Assembly (NCBI GenBank): GCA_963675525.2
Contig: CAXXSL010000019.1
Coordinates: 160,001 to 224,000, forward strand
Direction: 5' to 3'
Source: Anaerohalosphaeraceae bacterium
GTDB lineage: Bacteria > Planctomycetota > Phycisphaerae > Sedimentisphaerales > Anaerohalosphaeraceae
Length of the DNA stretch: 64,000 bases
Shown here: piece after piece, positions 47,470-56,920 of the stretch
Position numbering within the stretch: the stretch's first letter is position 1
Layout: each line of letters opens with the position of its first letter
Notes under the pieces: generated by a model
Database searches by the model: none
What the model saw: only the letters and a program-made list of their open reading frames with translations
What the model was told of the DNA's origin: nothing
Program-made: the position numbers and the translations under genes

Positions 47470-48468
47470 TTATTCCAACTGTACGCTGATTTCGTTGACG
47501 ATGATCTGGACGGCGTTTTCGAGAGGGCCATCGAGATTAACCCCCGAAGCAAGCGTATGTCCGCCGCCGCCGTATTTCTGGGCGATCTTACGCACATCGA
47601 CCGTTCCCTTGGACCGCAGCGAGCAGCGGAACCCCCCGTCCGACAGTTCCACGAACATTGCCGCGGCCTGAACGGTTTGAATACGCTGGCATTCGTCGAT
47701 GAGATTTTCGGTGTCGGCTCCCGTGGCGCCGGTCTCGTCGAAGTCGGTGCGCAGGATATACTGCGTTGCGATGCGTCCGTTCGCGTGAAGCTGCAAATGT
47801 TCAAGCATCCGCGTCATTAAATAGATACGTGAGGGCAAAAAGGATTGATACAGCAGGGCGTAGATTTCATTGGGTTTGGCTCCGGCGTCAATCAGTTCGG
47901 CGGCGGTATGGAAGATGCGGCTGTCGGTGTTGCCGAACTTGAACCAGCCGGTATCGCTGGACAGCGCGATAAAAATAGACTCGGCGATACGCTCGGTAAT
48001 CGGCCAGCGGGCGAATTTGAGCAGGTCAAAGACGATCTCCCCGGCCGCCGCGGCGGTGGTATCGACCAACTCGACGGTACCCAAATTGTCGCCGGTGATG
48101 TGGTGGTCGATCACGAGGACTTTTTTGCCGCATCCGGCCAGCCAGTCCGAAAGACCGGGCAGTTGCACGTTGCTGTTCGTATCAACGATGATGACCAGGT
48201 CGATATCCTTATAATAGGCATCAAGCTGATTGGCCGCAATATCGTTGCCCAAAACAGCAACAGGACCGTCAAAAAGGCTTTGGTACCAGCCTGCCAGAGG
48301 CGACATAAACAGCGGCTGGACGGTTTTGCCAATTGAAATGAGGGTTTCCTGCAGGGCACGAACGCAACCGCAGGCATCCCCATCCGGCCGAATATGCGTT
48401 GTGATCAGTATTTTTGTCGAGATATCAATGATTTCAACAGCTTTTTGGTAAATAGTGTCGCTTGTCAT
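47470..48468 (-). CDS. nrnA: DHH/DHHA1 oligoribonuclease / PAP phosphatase
   Basis: THIRPDGDA, IVDT, IDHH, SDTGWF, SLRS, GGGHTLASG. Confidence 0.92.
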   Translation of the reverse strand: MTSDTIYQKAVEIIDISTKILITTHIRPDGDACGCVRALQETLISIGKTVQPLFMSPLAGWYQSLFDGPVAVLGNDIAANQLDAYYKDIDLVIIVDTNSNVQLPGLSDWLAGCGKKVLVIDHHITGDNLGTVELVDTTAAAAGEIVFDLLKFARWPITERIAESIFIALSSDTGWFKFGNTDSRIFHTAAELIDAGAKPNEIYALLYQSFLPSRIYLMTRMLEHLQLHANGRIATQYILRTDFDETGATGADTENLIDECQRIQTVQAAAMFVELSDGGFRCSLRSKGTVDVRKIAQKYGGGGHTLASGVNLDGPLENAVQIIVNEISVQLE

Positions 48469-49127
48469 CTTTTTTCCTGATTTATTATCGGTCGTTCTAT
48501 AACATCATCGTTTAGCCTTGAGTCTATTTAGAAGCCGCAGATCGCACCGATTTTTAAATAACGATAAAATAAAATCTGTGTCGAAATACAATTCGACCGC
48601 TTCTGTCTCCGACGAGATTGTTAATGGTCCATTCTCGCCGGTCGCTGTTCACTGTAAACTTTTCCTGCTTTGAACAACTTAATATAGCATACTTGATTGG
48701 CCGGTTAAACAGGAAATATACAAGTTATTTGTTGCGATATGGTTATGCCCAAATTGCCAATGCTGAAATCGGCAAAACGCCAACGTGCCTCAAGTATTTG
48801 ATATCCGGCCATCTTTTGCCTGAAGCGGCATCTTGACGGTCATATTTTCATTGGCAATTATCCGGGCTTTCCGGATCTGAAATGAAAATCAAGGAAAACC
48901 AGAACAGTAGTCCTGAATTTCGGCATTTCGGTATCCACCAATTCCTAAAAAATAATACGGCCAACACGACAGGAGCCTTGGAGAAACCGATTTCCAATCC
49001 GGACGGGGGCATATTCTAACTTGTTTCAAATCAAGATGTTAAGTCAAAAAAACGACATATTAACACTGGTATCGGCCTTTTTATAGGTAAATTGTTGAAA
49101 AATTTGTCTTCAAAAATAAAATTTCAC

Positions 49128-49156
49128 TTGCTTTTGAGGCGCTTTTTTAGTATTAT
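49128..49156 (+). promoter_or_regulatory. Putative sigma-70 promoter for the surface-protein genes
   Basis: TTGCTT-N17-TATTAT. Confidence 0.5.
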
Positions 49157-49339
49157 CAGCATTGTAACAAGGTGGCAGAATCCCGAATAGGGGCTTAAGT
49201 TATTTCGTCATCTTGTGTTACGGGGGTTTGGAGGAAGTAATTGAGGATTGTGAAACCTTTGGGGAAAACCTTAAGGGTGATGAAATAAGAAGAAGAGACC
49301 TGTTAATTTTTGAAGAAAAAGAGAAAGGTAAGGTGTCGT

Positions 49340-50299
49340 ATGAAGAAGATTCTTGTTAGTTTAATGGTATTGGCACTCTGTGTGCCGGCGATGGCTGCTG
49401 TGACTGCCACGTCTGACAATTCTGTGGCAGGGGAAGTGACTGTGACCCTGACATCTGACTCGGATGGTATCGTGGGTGTCGCTCTGACAGTTGATACCGC
49501 CGGTTCGGCCACAGGCGTTGTTGTAGCAGAAAGTTTCTTCGATGTATTCGTTGATTCTGCGTTTACGGCTGGTGCCGGCTATGTCTATCAGACTGGTATC
49601 CCCACTGCAACTCAGGGTGCTGCCGGCGAATTGGACATTTCAGGCGGTTCAGCCAGCTTCTCGATCAGCGTTGCTGGTCTGGATGATGATGGTATCGGCG
49701 CAGGGACCGACGAGGCTCCTACGACCTGTACGATCACGATTACCGGTACTGCCGGTGCTACTGTTGATATCGATATTGATGCGCTTCGCGGTGGTGTCGT
49801 TGGTTACAATGGTGCTTTAGCTGTTTCCGGTCTTCCGATCAACACCACTTTCGGTGAACGTGTCAGCGAATGTGTTAGCTCAAGTGCTGCAGGTCAGGCT
49901 ATACCGACTGGGTCACTTATCGGTAAGCCCGACTGCTGGTGCTTCCAGCGTCAGTGTAATGGTGATGCAAATGGTACCCGTGAAGGTAATATCGTCACCG
50001 GTTACAAGTGGGTATTCAATGCTGACCTGGCCATATTCCTGGCCGCTATACGGTGTAGCTTGAGCCGACAAAAGGCCCTGGAATTATGACGATTACGGAT
50101 GGTATTTGTGCCGACTTTAACCATGCTCGTGAAGGTAACATCGTTACCGGTTACAAGTCGGGTATTCAATGCTGATTTGGGAATTTTCCTGGCCAACTAC
50201 AATGGTAGCTTGAGCCTACCAAGGGACCTGGTGCTTACCGTTGTATGGTCCGATGACAATTTCTTTATTGTACCGATATTGTGTGTCTACACAAATTAA
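49340..50299 (+). pseudogene. Secreted beta-rich (cohesin-like?) protein with duplicated dockerin-like repeat; frameshifted as given, true end uncertain
   Basis: Signal peptide MKKILVSLMVLALCVPAMA; repeat 1 CNGDANGTREGNIVTGYKWVFNADLAIFL; repeat 2 CADFNHAREGNIVTGYK..VFNADLGIFL in other frames. Confidence 0.7.
49979..50231 (+). repeat. Tandem ~100 bp intragenic repeat (49979-50081 and 50128-50231)
   Basis: CGTGAAGGTAAYATCGTYACCGGTTACAAGT..GTATTCAATGCTGAY..TTCCTGGCC..GTAGCTTGAGCC in both copies. Confidence 0.9.
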
Positions 50300-50374
50300 T
50301 ATGACACACGCTTCACAAGAAGTTAACGTTAACGTATTGTTCGAACAAAAACAAAAATTGAGTAAAGGAGAACG

Positions 50375-50887
50375 ATGATGAAGAAGTTGTTAGTTTTAGC
50401 TCTAGTTCTTAGTGTTGCCTCGTTGGCAAGTGCTGGCATCTCGCTGAGCTTGTTAATGGCACGCGCAAGTAGAAGTTTTACAGCAGATGGATTGTTGATG
50501 GTTACAATGTTGGGGCATTCTGCGCTTCTTCCCCGTAGAGGCATGGATGGTGGTTGCACCTGTTTTGGCTGCAGCTGGCGATACTAACCTCAGTTATGTA
50601 GCTGCTTATGGTGTTATGGACAGTGCTGACCTCGGTCTTGCACTCGGTCTGACAGACATCTATGAGATCAACATTGCTGGAACACCGCCGACGGTACCCG
50701 TTGCTGGTGTCCATGGGCTGTCGCTGATTACGGTGTGACTCTGGGTGCTGTTGATGCGGGTCTTGGTTCAATTACCTTGGTCGACAGCAACTCTTTGGCA
50801 ATCCTTGGTCAGGCCTTTGTTGTTCCGGAACCTGCTACAATGGTTCTGCTGGGTCTGGGTGCCCTGGTTCTGCGTCGCAAGAAATAA
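50375..50887 (+). pseudogene. PEP-CTERM protein, frameshifted as given
   Basis: AAGGAG RBS and signal peptide MMKKLLVLALVLSVASLASA; VPEPATMVLLGLGALVLRRKK-stop at 50822-50887, not reachable from the start without frameshifting. Confidence 0.85.
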
Positions 50888-50927
50888 ACGATTCTCAGAA
50901 ACAGAAAACCATGACAATGTAACATTT

Positions 50928-50960
50928 AAAGGGTCTCCCCTTGCGGGAGGCCCTTTTTTT
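50928..50960 (+). terminator. Rho-independent terminator
   Basis: AAAGGGTCTCCC/GGGAGGCCCTTT stem followed by a T run. Confidence 0.85.
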
Positions 50961-51132
50961 GCGCTTACCATGAAGTTCATGAGGACAACGAAGAGTAATT
51001 CAAATTTAAGAATTAAATATACATCATTCATAATGTGTCTATTCGCTGTTAAAAAAGCCTTGTTAATACCGTCAAACCCTTCTATTATACATCAGTATAA
51101 AACTAAGAACCTATGTTAACTCGGTGTGTGCT

Positions 51133-53160
51133 ATGAATCGAAGACAATTGATCACTGTACTTTGTGGGGTCGTATTGCTGACCGGCCTGCTCGGTTATGA
51201 GCCGATGCGGCACAACAGTTTTGTCGATTATGACGATGTGGACTACATTACCCAAAATACACAGGTCCTGGGAGGCCTGACCGCCGAAGGTTTTGTCTGG
51301 GCTTTTACCGAAACCGACCGCACCGCCAACTGGCACCCTCTGACATGGCTGAGCCACATGTTGGATGTCCAACTGTTCGGCGCCAATCCGCTTGCCCATC
51401 ACAGCGTCAATCTGCTGCTTCATTTGGCCAATACGCTGCTTCTGTTCTGGATCTTTTACAGGGTAACCGGTGCCGCCTGGCCGAGTTTCTTCATTGCGGC
51501 GGTCTTTGCCCTGCATCCTCTTCATGTTGAATCGGTTGCCTGGGCCTCCGAACGCAAAGACGTCCTCAGCGGACTTTTCTGGATGCTGACGATCTTAACA
51601 TATATTTTCTACGCCGAAAAACCGGGCATCCTACGATATCTGGCGGTGGTTTTATGTTTTATATTGGGCTTAATGGCCAAACCCATGCTGGTAACTCTGC
51701 CGTTTGTTCTGCTTTTACTGGATTATTGGCCGCTGGAACGCTTTGCCCTGAAACCTCCCATTCAAATGAGGCCTTTGGGGCGTCTGCTGGCCGAAAAAAT
51801 ACCTTTATTTGTGCTTTCGGCGGCTTCCTGTGTGGTAACATTTATGGTTCAACAGCATGCAGGGGCCATGCGCCGGGGCGAAAACTATTCTCTGCTGACC
51901 CGTTTGTCCAATGCCGCCGCAGCCTATATGGGCTATATCGGCAAGTTTTTCTACCCGGTCAAATTAGCCGTGTTGTACCCGCACCCGGGTAATACGCTGC
52001 CTTTATGGCAACCGCTTGCGGCGATTGCGACGATTCTCGTCATAACTGTTGCCGTTTTTATTTTAGGCATCAGAAAACGCTATCTTTTGATCGGTTGGTT
52101 GTGGTACCTCGGTACGCTGGTTCCGGTGATCGGGCTGGTTCAGGTCGGTTCACAGGCCATGGCCGATCGATACACCTATCTGCCGATTATCGGGTTGTGT
52201 GTGATGCTTGCATGGGGCGTCAGGGAACTTGTCAGTAAGTGGAAATACGGTCATGTGGCCGTCGGAGTTTTGATTTCCGTCACCCTGGCTGCGATGACGC
52301 TTGGCACACGCCATCAGGCTGCTTTCTGGAAGGATACGCTGTCGCTGTACAAACATACGCTGGATGTGACAGAGAACAATTTTGTGATCCACGGCAATTA
52401 TGGCGATACGCTGCGTGAACGGGGCGATCTGGGCGCAGCAGTGGATCACTTGGAAACGGCTTTGCGGATCAGGCCCGATTACGTTGGGGCGATGAACAAT
52501 CTTGGGATGGCCCTGAGGAGCCAAGGCAAAATTGATGAGGCTTTTACCCAATGGCGAAAAGCGATTCAATTGGCGCCGTTTCATCCCCAGATCAATGCCA
52601 ATATGGGCGTGAACCTGACCATTCAGGGACGCTATGATGAAGCGATCCCGTATTTAAAAACCATCCTGCAAACAAACCCTGATTTTCCGAATATATGTTT
52701 CATTCTTGGTGAGGCGTATGCCCGGAAGGGCGATTCCGTCTCAGCATGCGGCTATTACATGGCGGAGTTAAAAAACAAGCCGGATAATCTTTCGGCCTTG
52801 CACGGTCTTGCACTGTCATATGCGCAGCAGGGCAGAATCAAGGAGGCTGTTGACCAATGGAACCGGGTACTATTGCTGGATCCGGCGTCAGTTGATACCC
52901 GCCTGAACCTTGCCTTTGCCATGATCCAAACGGGTCAGTATCCGGCGGCAGCCGAGTACTTCAAAGCCGCCTTGCAGCTGGAACCCACCCGGCCCGACAT
53001 CATGAGTAGACTGGCGTCTTCGTATGCGGCGATGGGCAATCTTGCTCTGGCAACCAGCACCGCTGAAAGAGCATTGGAGTTAGCTGTCGAAGTGGGGGAT
53101 ATGGATATGGCTAACCAAATACAGCGGCAGTTGGACTATTATAAATCCAGCAAAAAATGA
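51133..53160 (+). CDS. TMTC-like GT-C glycosyltransferase (putative protein O-mannosyltransferase) with C-terminal TPRs
   Basis: FVDYDD.DYI, NWHPLTWLS, FALHPLHVESVAW.SERKDVL, ADRYTYLP; TPR tail. Confidence 0.85.
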   Translation: MNRRQLITVLCGVVLLTGLLGYEPMRHNSFVDYDDVDYITQNTQVLGGLTAEGFVWAFTETDRTANWHPLTWLSHMLDVQLFGANPLAHHSVNLLLHLANTLLLFWIFYRVTGAAWPSFFIAAVFALHPLHVESVAWASERKDVLSGLFWMLTILTYIFYAEKPGILRYLAVVLCFILGLMAKPMLVTLPFVLLLLDYWPLERFALKPPIQMRPLGRLLAEKIPLFVLSAASCVVTFMVQQHAGAMRRGENYSLLTRLSNAAAAYMGYIGKFFYPVKLAVLYPHPGNTLPLWQPLAAIATILVITVAVFILGIRKRYLLIGWLWYLGTLVPVIGLVQVGSQAMADRYTYLPIIGLCVMLAWGVRELVSKWKYGHVAVGVLISVTLAAMTLGTRHQAAFWKDTLSLYKHTLDVTENNFVIHGNYGDTLRERGDLGAAVDHLETALRIRPDYVGAMNNLGMALRSQGKIDEAFTQWRKAIQLAPFHPQINANMGVNLTIQGRYDEAIPYLKTILQTNPDFPNICFILGEAYARKGDSVSACGYYMAELKNKPDNLSALHGLALSYAQQGRIKEAVDQWNRVLLLDPASVDTRLNLAFAMIQTGQYPAAAEYFKAALQLEPTRPDIMSRLASSYAAMGNLALATSTAERALELAVEVGDMDMANQIQRQLDYYKSSKK

Positions 53161-53301
53161 CAGTTAGCATCCACTTCTTCTGCTGAAAAAGAGACTCGAT
53201 GCAGAGTTGATTTTATTCTTGCGTCTATAACTTAATCTGGTATTATTCTGGTTTACTTGTTTCGTTTTTTCTGGTTAAAAATCAATCTCGTGGAGTAGTA
53301 T

Positions 53302-53630
53302 ATGAAGTATAAATTATTCCTGTTTATCCTTATGGTAATATCAGTACTTTTTATTGTTGGTTGTCAAGAGAGCAGTCAAACTCAACCGCAACGGATTGTC
53401 TCTGGCGAACCAAATACAGCACAGGTGATTCTTCTGAACTGCAAGACGTTTCCACAAAAGATGGTTGGAATTTGGCTAAATGAAGAGAATGGCTGGATAC
53501 TGAGGATTGAAGAAAATGGCCGTCTGTCAAAGATTCGCCACACCATTGGCCGTGCGGATTTGGCGGCAGGAAAGACATCGACCTTTCCACTAGTTGGAGG
53601 AAAATCCGGAACCATCGAGCCGGGGCCATG
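53302..53630 (+). CDS. Hypothetical lipoprotein, apparently truncated at the junction
   Basis: IVGC lipobox; after ..EPGPW the frame simply reads the antisense of the next gene. Confidence 0.6.
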
Positions 53631-53949
53631 GATGTCTTGCGGCTTCCATGGTAAAGGCTATGGGCTTCTCCAGAAAGACATGCTTCTTCGCTTCTGCGAT
53701 TTTCAGACAATATTGCTCGTTTAACCAGCTGGGTACGCAAACGTCGATCATGTCGATTTCGCTGTCGGACAGCATCTGTTCAAAGCTGTCATAAGCGCGG
53801 ATGTCATGCTCTCTTGCGAATGCGCTGCGCCTCTCCTCGTGCGGCGAATAGACGCCGGCCATTTCAGCCACTTTGGAACCGTTGTTTTTCAGCCCTTTCG
53901 TATGGGCCGCGGCCATCGTACCCGAGCCCAGCAGTCCGATCCTGATCAT
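53631..53949 (-). CDS. Gfo/Idh/MocA oxidoreductase, N-terminal third only
   Basis: IRIGLLGSGTMA Rossmann motif and KHVFLEKPIA; similarity stops right after EKP. Confidence 0.85.
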
Positions 53950-54038
53950 GTTATCTTCTCCCAAACATGATTTCCAACCCGGTCCATTTTGCACATGTTT
54001 AATTGCTGTTGCCTGCCGCCGCTCCGATGCATCCCACG

Positions 54039-54806
54039 TTATTTGTAGTAAGTTCTTCCGCCGTCCACAAGGAGGTTGTGCCCGCAGATATAGGACGCTT
54101 TATCCGAGACCAGAAATACCACGGCATTGGCGATATCCTCCGGGGTGCCGACCCTTCCCACGGGCAGGCTTTTACCGTATGCTTCCACGACATCATCCGT
54201 GGGATACCTCTCCCTGAACATATCCGTGTCGATCACCGCGGGCGAAACGATATTGACGCGGATGCCGATCCCGGCATACTCCTTCACAAGCTGCCTTGCA
54301 AGGCCCTCCACGCCCGCTTTCGCCGCGGGATAAGCAACCGTATTCCCGCCGCCGTTGATGACCGCGTTCGTACTGATGAACACGATCTTGCCATACTTCC
54401 TTTCGATCATAGAACCGATCGCATACCTTGCGCAGAAGTACGCCCCGTCCAGTATGACGTTCAGCATCTTGCGCCATAGCGCATAATCCATCTCCTCAAA
54501 TTTGGACGGGATCAATATCGCCGCGTTGCAGACAAGGATGTCGATTTTACCGTATTTCTGAATGACCGTATCCATGAAGCTTTTCACTTCTTCCTCGTTG
54601 GATACATCCATTTTAACTCCGCACGCCTGCACACCGCAGCCCATTAGCTCCGCTTCAAGCTGCCGCGAGAGCACTTCCTCGCGGTGGTAGCTGAATACCA
54701 CGTCCGCGCCCGCAATCGCGAGCTGCCTGCAGCACTCGGCCCCAATGCCGCGGGACCCGCCCACGACCACAGCGGTTTTACCTGTCAGATCAATTTCAAA
54801 GGCCAT
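54039..54806 (-). CDS. Short-chain dehydrogenase/reductase
   Basis: GGSRGIG, ILVCNAA, YPAAK, VNIVSP, VDGG; AAGGAG RBS. Confidence 0.93.
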   Translation of the reverse strand: MAFEIDLTGKTAVVVGGSRGIGAECCRQLAIAGADVVFSYHREEVLSRQLEAELMGCGVQACGVKMDVSNEEEVKSFMDTVIQKYGKIDILVCNAAILIPSKFEEMDYALWRKMLNVILDGAYFCARYAIGSMIERKYGKIVFISTNAVINGGGNTVAYPAAKAGVEGLARQLVKEYAGIGIRVNIVSPAVIDTDMFRERYPTDDVVEAYGKSLPVGRVGTPEDIANAVVFLVSDKASYICGHNLLVDGGRTYYK

Positions 54807-54862
54807 ATGATCGCTCCTTAAAATAAATGGGTAAACTTTCGCTTTGCCCATTTAGAATTTGA

Positions 54863-56197
54863 TTAGAACAGTTCTTCAAGCGTTCTTTCAAATATGTCTA
54901 CGATTTCATCCGCTTCAGCCTTTGTCACAGTCAACGGCGGCTTAAACTTCAGCAGGAACTTCTTGTATCCTCCGGTTCCGAGGATTAGGCCGTTTTCGAT
55001 CGCCCTGTCCCTAATCTTCTTGGCAAGTGCCGAGCTCATTGGCTCGCCGGTTTTGGGATCGATCATCTCCGCGCCGATATGTAACCCCACCTGCCTCACA
55101 TCGCCGATGACCGGGTATGTCTTTGCAAGCTCCTTGAGTTTGTCGCCGAGGTAATTCCCCACCGTGTTCACGTTGTCCAGGATGTGGTCCCTTCTGACGA
55201 TCTCGATCTGTTTGAGCGCAGTCACCTGCGAAACGGAGTTGTTGGCGAACGTATGCAGCTCCTCGGCGTTCATGGTGAAGCCTTCAAGCCGGTCGTGAAT
55301 GATGACCGCGGCAATGGGAAGCCCTGCGCCCAGCCCCTTGCCCAGCACGATGATATCCGGCTCCACGTCGTAGTAATTCGCCGCGTACCAATCGCCGATG
55401 CGCATATAGGTCTGGATCTCGTCGAAAATGAGCAGCGCGCCGAGATCGTCAGCCAGCTTACGCATCTTCTGCAGGTATTTTTTCGGCGCGGGCAACTGTC
55501 CGCCGCTGGCCTGGATCGGCTCCACGATGATGCCGGCAAGCGGCCCCGTAACGCCTTTTTCAAGCATCAGCCGTGCGAAATCGACACATTCGGCGTTGCA
55601 GGTTTTCACATCTTTCCCAAAATAGCACCTGTGGCAATACTGATTTGGGATCCTGGTGAAGTTGTTGTTTACATTGCTGAGAAAGCTCTCCTGGCCCGTA
55701 TATTTTCCCGAAGCTTTGGTGGTTATCCAGGATGCGCCCGCAGCCGTGAGGCCGCTTCCGTGATAGCTGTCCCACAGGCACGCGAAATTCCTTGCGTTTT
55801 TGGTGTTTTTCAGCGCGATCTTCATGGCCGCTTCAATCGCAGGCCCGCCGCCGACTGTAAAGGATACGCGGTTTAAATTCTTGGGAGCCAGGGCGGCAAG
55901 CTCACTCGCCAACAGGTATCTTTGCCGGGTATCAAATCCCTGATGGATGTGGCTCATGGTATTCATGTGTTCATACACAGCCTGCCTGATTTCCTGATTT
56001 CCAAATCCCAAATACATCGCCCAGCTCTGAGACGTACAATCGATATAGTTTTTACCGTTGATATCCGTCAACTTAACCCCTTCACCGGATACGATACACG
56101 CGGTTGACGGCGTTCCCCCACCGACCATCAGATTCTCAGAATACTTTGCTATGTCCTCTTCGGTAATTCCCTGAATCCGTTCGAGCAAGCTGTCCAT
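54863..56197 (-). CDS. Class III PLP-dependent aminotransferase
   Basis: SYHG, IIVEPIQASGG, LIFDEIQT, DIIVLGKGLG, KPPL; AGGAGG RBS before ATG 56197. Confidence 0.93.
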   Translation of the reverse strand: MDSLLERIQGITEEDIAKYSENLMVGGGTPSTACIVSGEGVKLTDINGKNYIDCTSQSWAMYLGFGNQEIRQAVYEHMNTMSHIHQGFDTRQRYLLASELAALAPKNLNRVSFTVGGGPAIEAAMKIALKNTKNARNFACLWDSYHGSGLTAAGASWITTKASGKYTGQESFLSNVNNNFTRIPNQYCHRCYFGKDVKTCNAECVDFARLMLEKGVTGPLAGIIVEPIQASGGQLPAPKKYLQKMRKLADDLGALLIFDEIQTYMRIGDWYAANYYDVEPDIIVLGKGLGAGLPIAAVIIHDRLEGFTMNAEELHTFANNSVSQVTALKQIEIVRRDHILDNVNTVGNYLGDKLKELAKTYPVIGDVRQVGLHIGAEMIDPKTGEPMSSALAKKIRDRAIENGLILGTGGYKKFLLKFKPPLTVTKAEADEIVDIFERTLEELF

Positions 56198-56323
56198 TGA
56201 TAACCCTCCTAAATATTTTTCACAGAAGCCGGTAACTACATTGTTGCCAACATCCATTATCACATATTTATATTTACTTACATGTGAATGACGTTTGCTA
56301 TCATCTATGCTTTATATATGTTT

Positions 56324-56352
56324 ATATTATATTTATTAATTATACTTGTCAA
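56324..56352 (-). promoter_or_regulatory. SigA-type promoter for the aminotransferase-SDR-Gfo unit
   Basis: TTGACA-N17-TAATAT on the minus strand in an AT-rich intergenic region. Confidence 0.6.
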
Positions 56353-56586
56353 GTTTATATTTGATTTTATTTTTATTTATTTTATAGATATGTGTACCCT
56401 GCTTTTTTTATTAATCTATTCGCTTTAAAAAAACAAAAAGGCTGTATTTCAGCCTTTTCCGGTCGTATATCGCCTTTGCCAAATCCCCGCTTTTCGAAAA
56501 CAAAAAAATCGGCCTGACGCTCCGGTTATAGTTAAAAAAAGTGAATTGATGGTTTACATTGGTTCAGGTTGATCATCTCTTCGCCT

Positions 56587-56889
56587 TTAATCCGCGTTAA
56601 AATAAAACATCTCTTCCATGTCGATAGCGTGCGCTTCGTCGATAATGTCTTTCATATATTCATCCCAGCGCTTCTTCACTTCGCTGGTCTTCAGTATTCC
56701 AACTGCCCGTGCCAAATCTTCAATTTCAAAATACTGAAACAGCCGCTCTCCCGCGTTCCAAATGGAATAGTTCTTAAACCCGCACGCCGTCAATAAATCG
56801 TGCATTTCCGGCCAAAGCTCATCATGTCTTCTTTTATACTCTTCCTTCATACCGGGCTTCATGTTCATGACGCTTGCATACCGCTTCAT
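56587..56889 (-). CDS. rhaM: L-rhamnose mutarotase family protein
   Basis: EEYKRRHDELWPE, NYSIW, LFQYFE, RWDEYM; GGAGG RBS. Confidence 0.88.
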   Translation of the reverse strand: MKRYASVMNMKPGMKEEYKRRHDELWPEMHDLLTACGFKNYSIWNAGERLFQYFEIEDLARAVGILKTSEVKKRWDEYMKDIIDEAHAIDMEEMFYFNAD

Positions 56890-56920
56890 AGGCTTTTCCT
56901 CCGTCAACTTGGCAGTGCTT

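Noticed and set aside
49160..49339. Known riboswitch (c-di-GMP I or II) in the leader
   Set aside because: I could not find the conserved cores; kept only as an unnamed structured leader
49979..50231. Repeat pair as a diversity-generating retroelement TR/VR
   Set aside because: Differences are mostly C/T third-position changes, not adenine-specific; no reverse transcriptase in the window; the repeat is explained by a duplicated dockerin-like motif
53302..53994. Genuinely overlapping convergent genes (53302-53724 and 53590-53994)
   Set aside because: Each overlapping tail is read-through into the other gene's antisense after the junction
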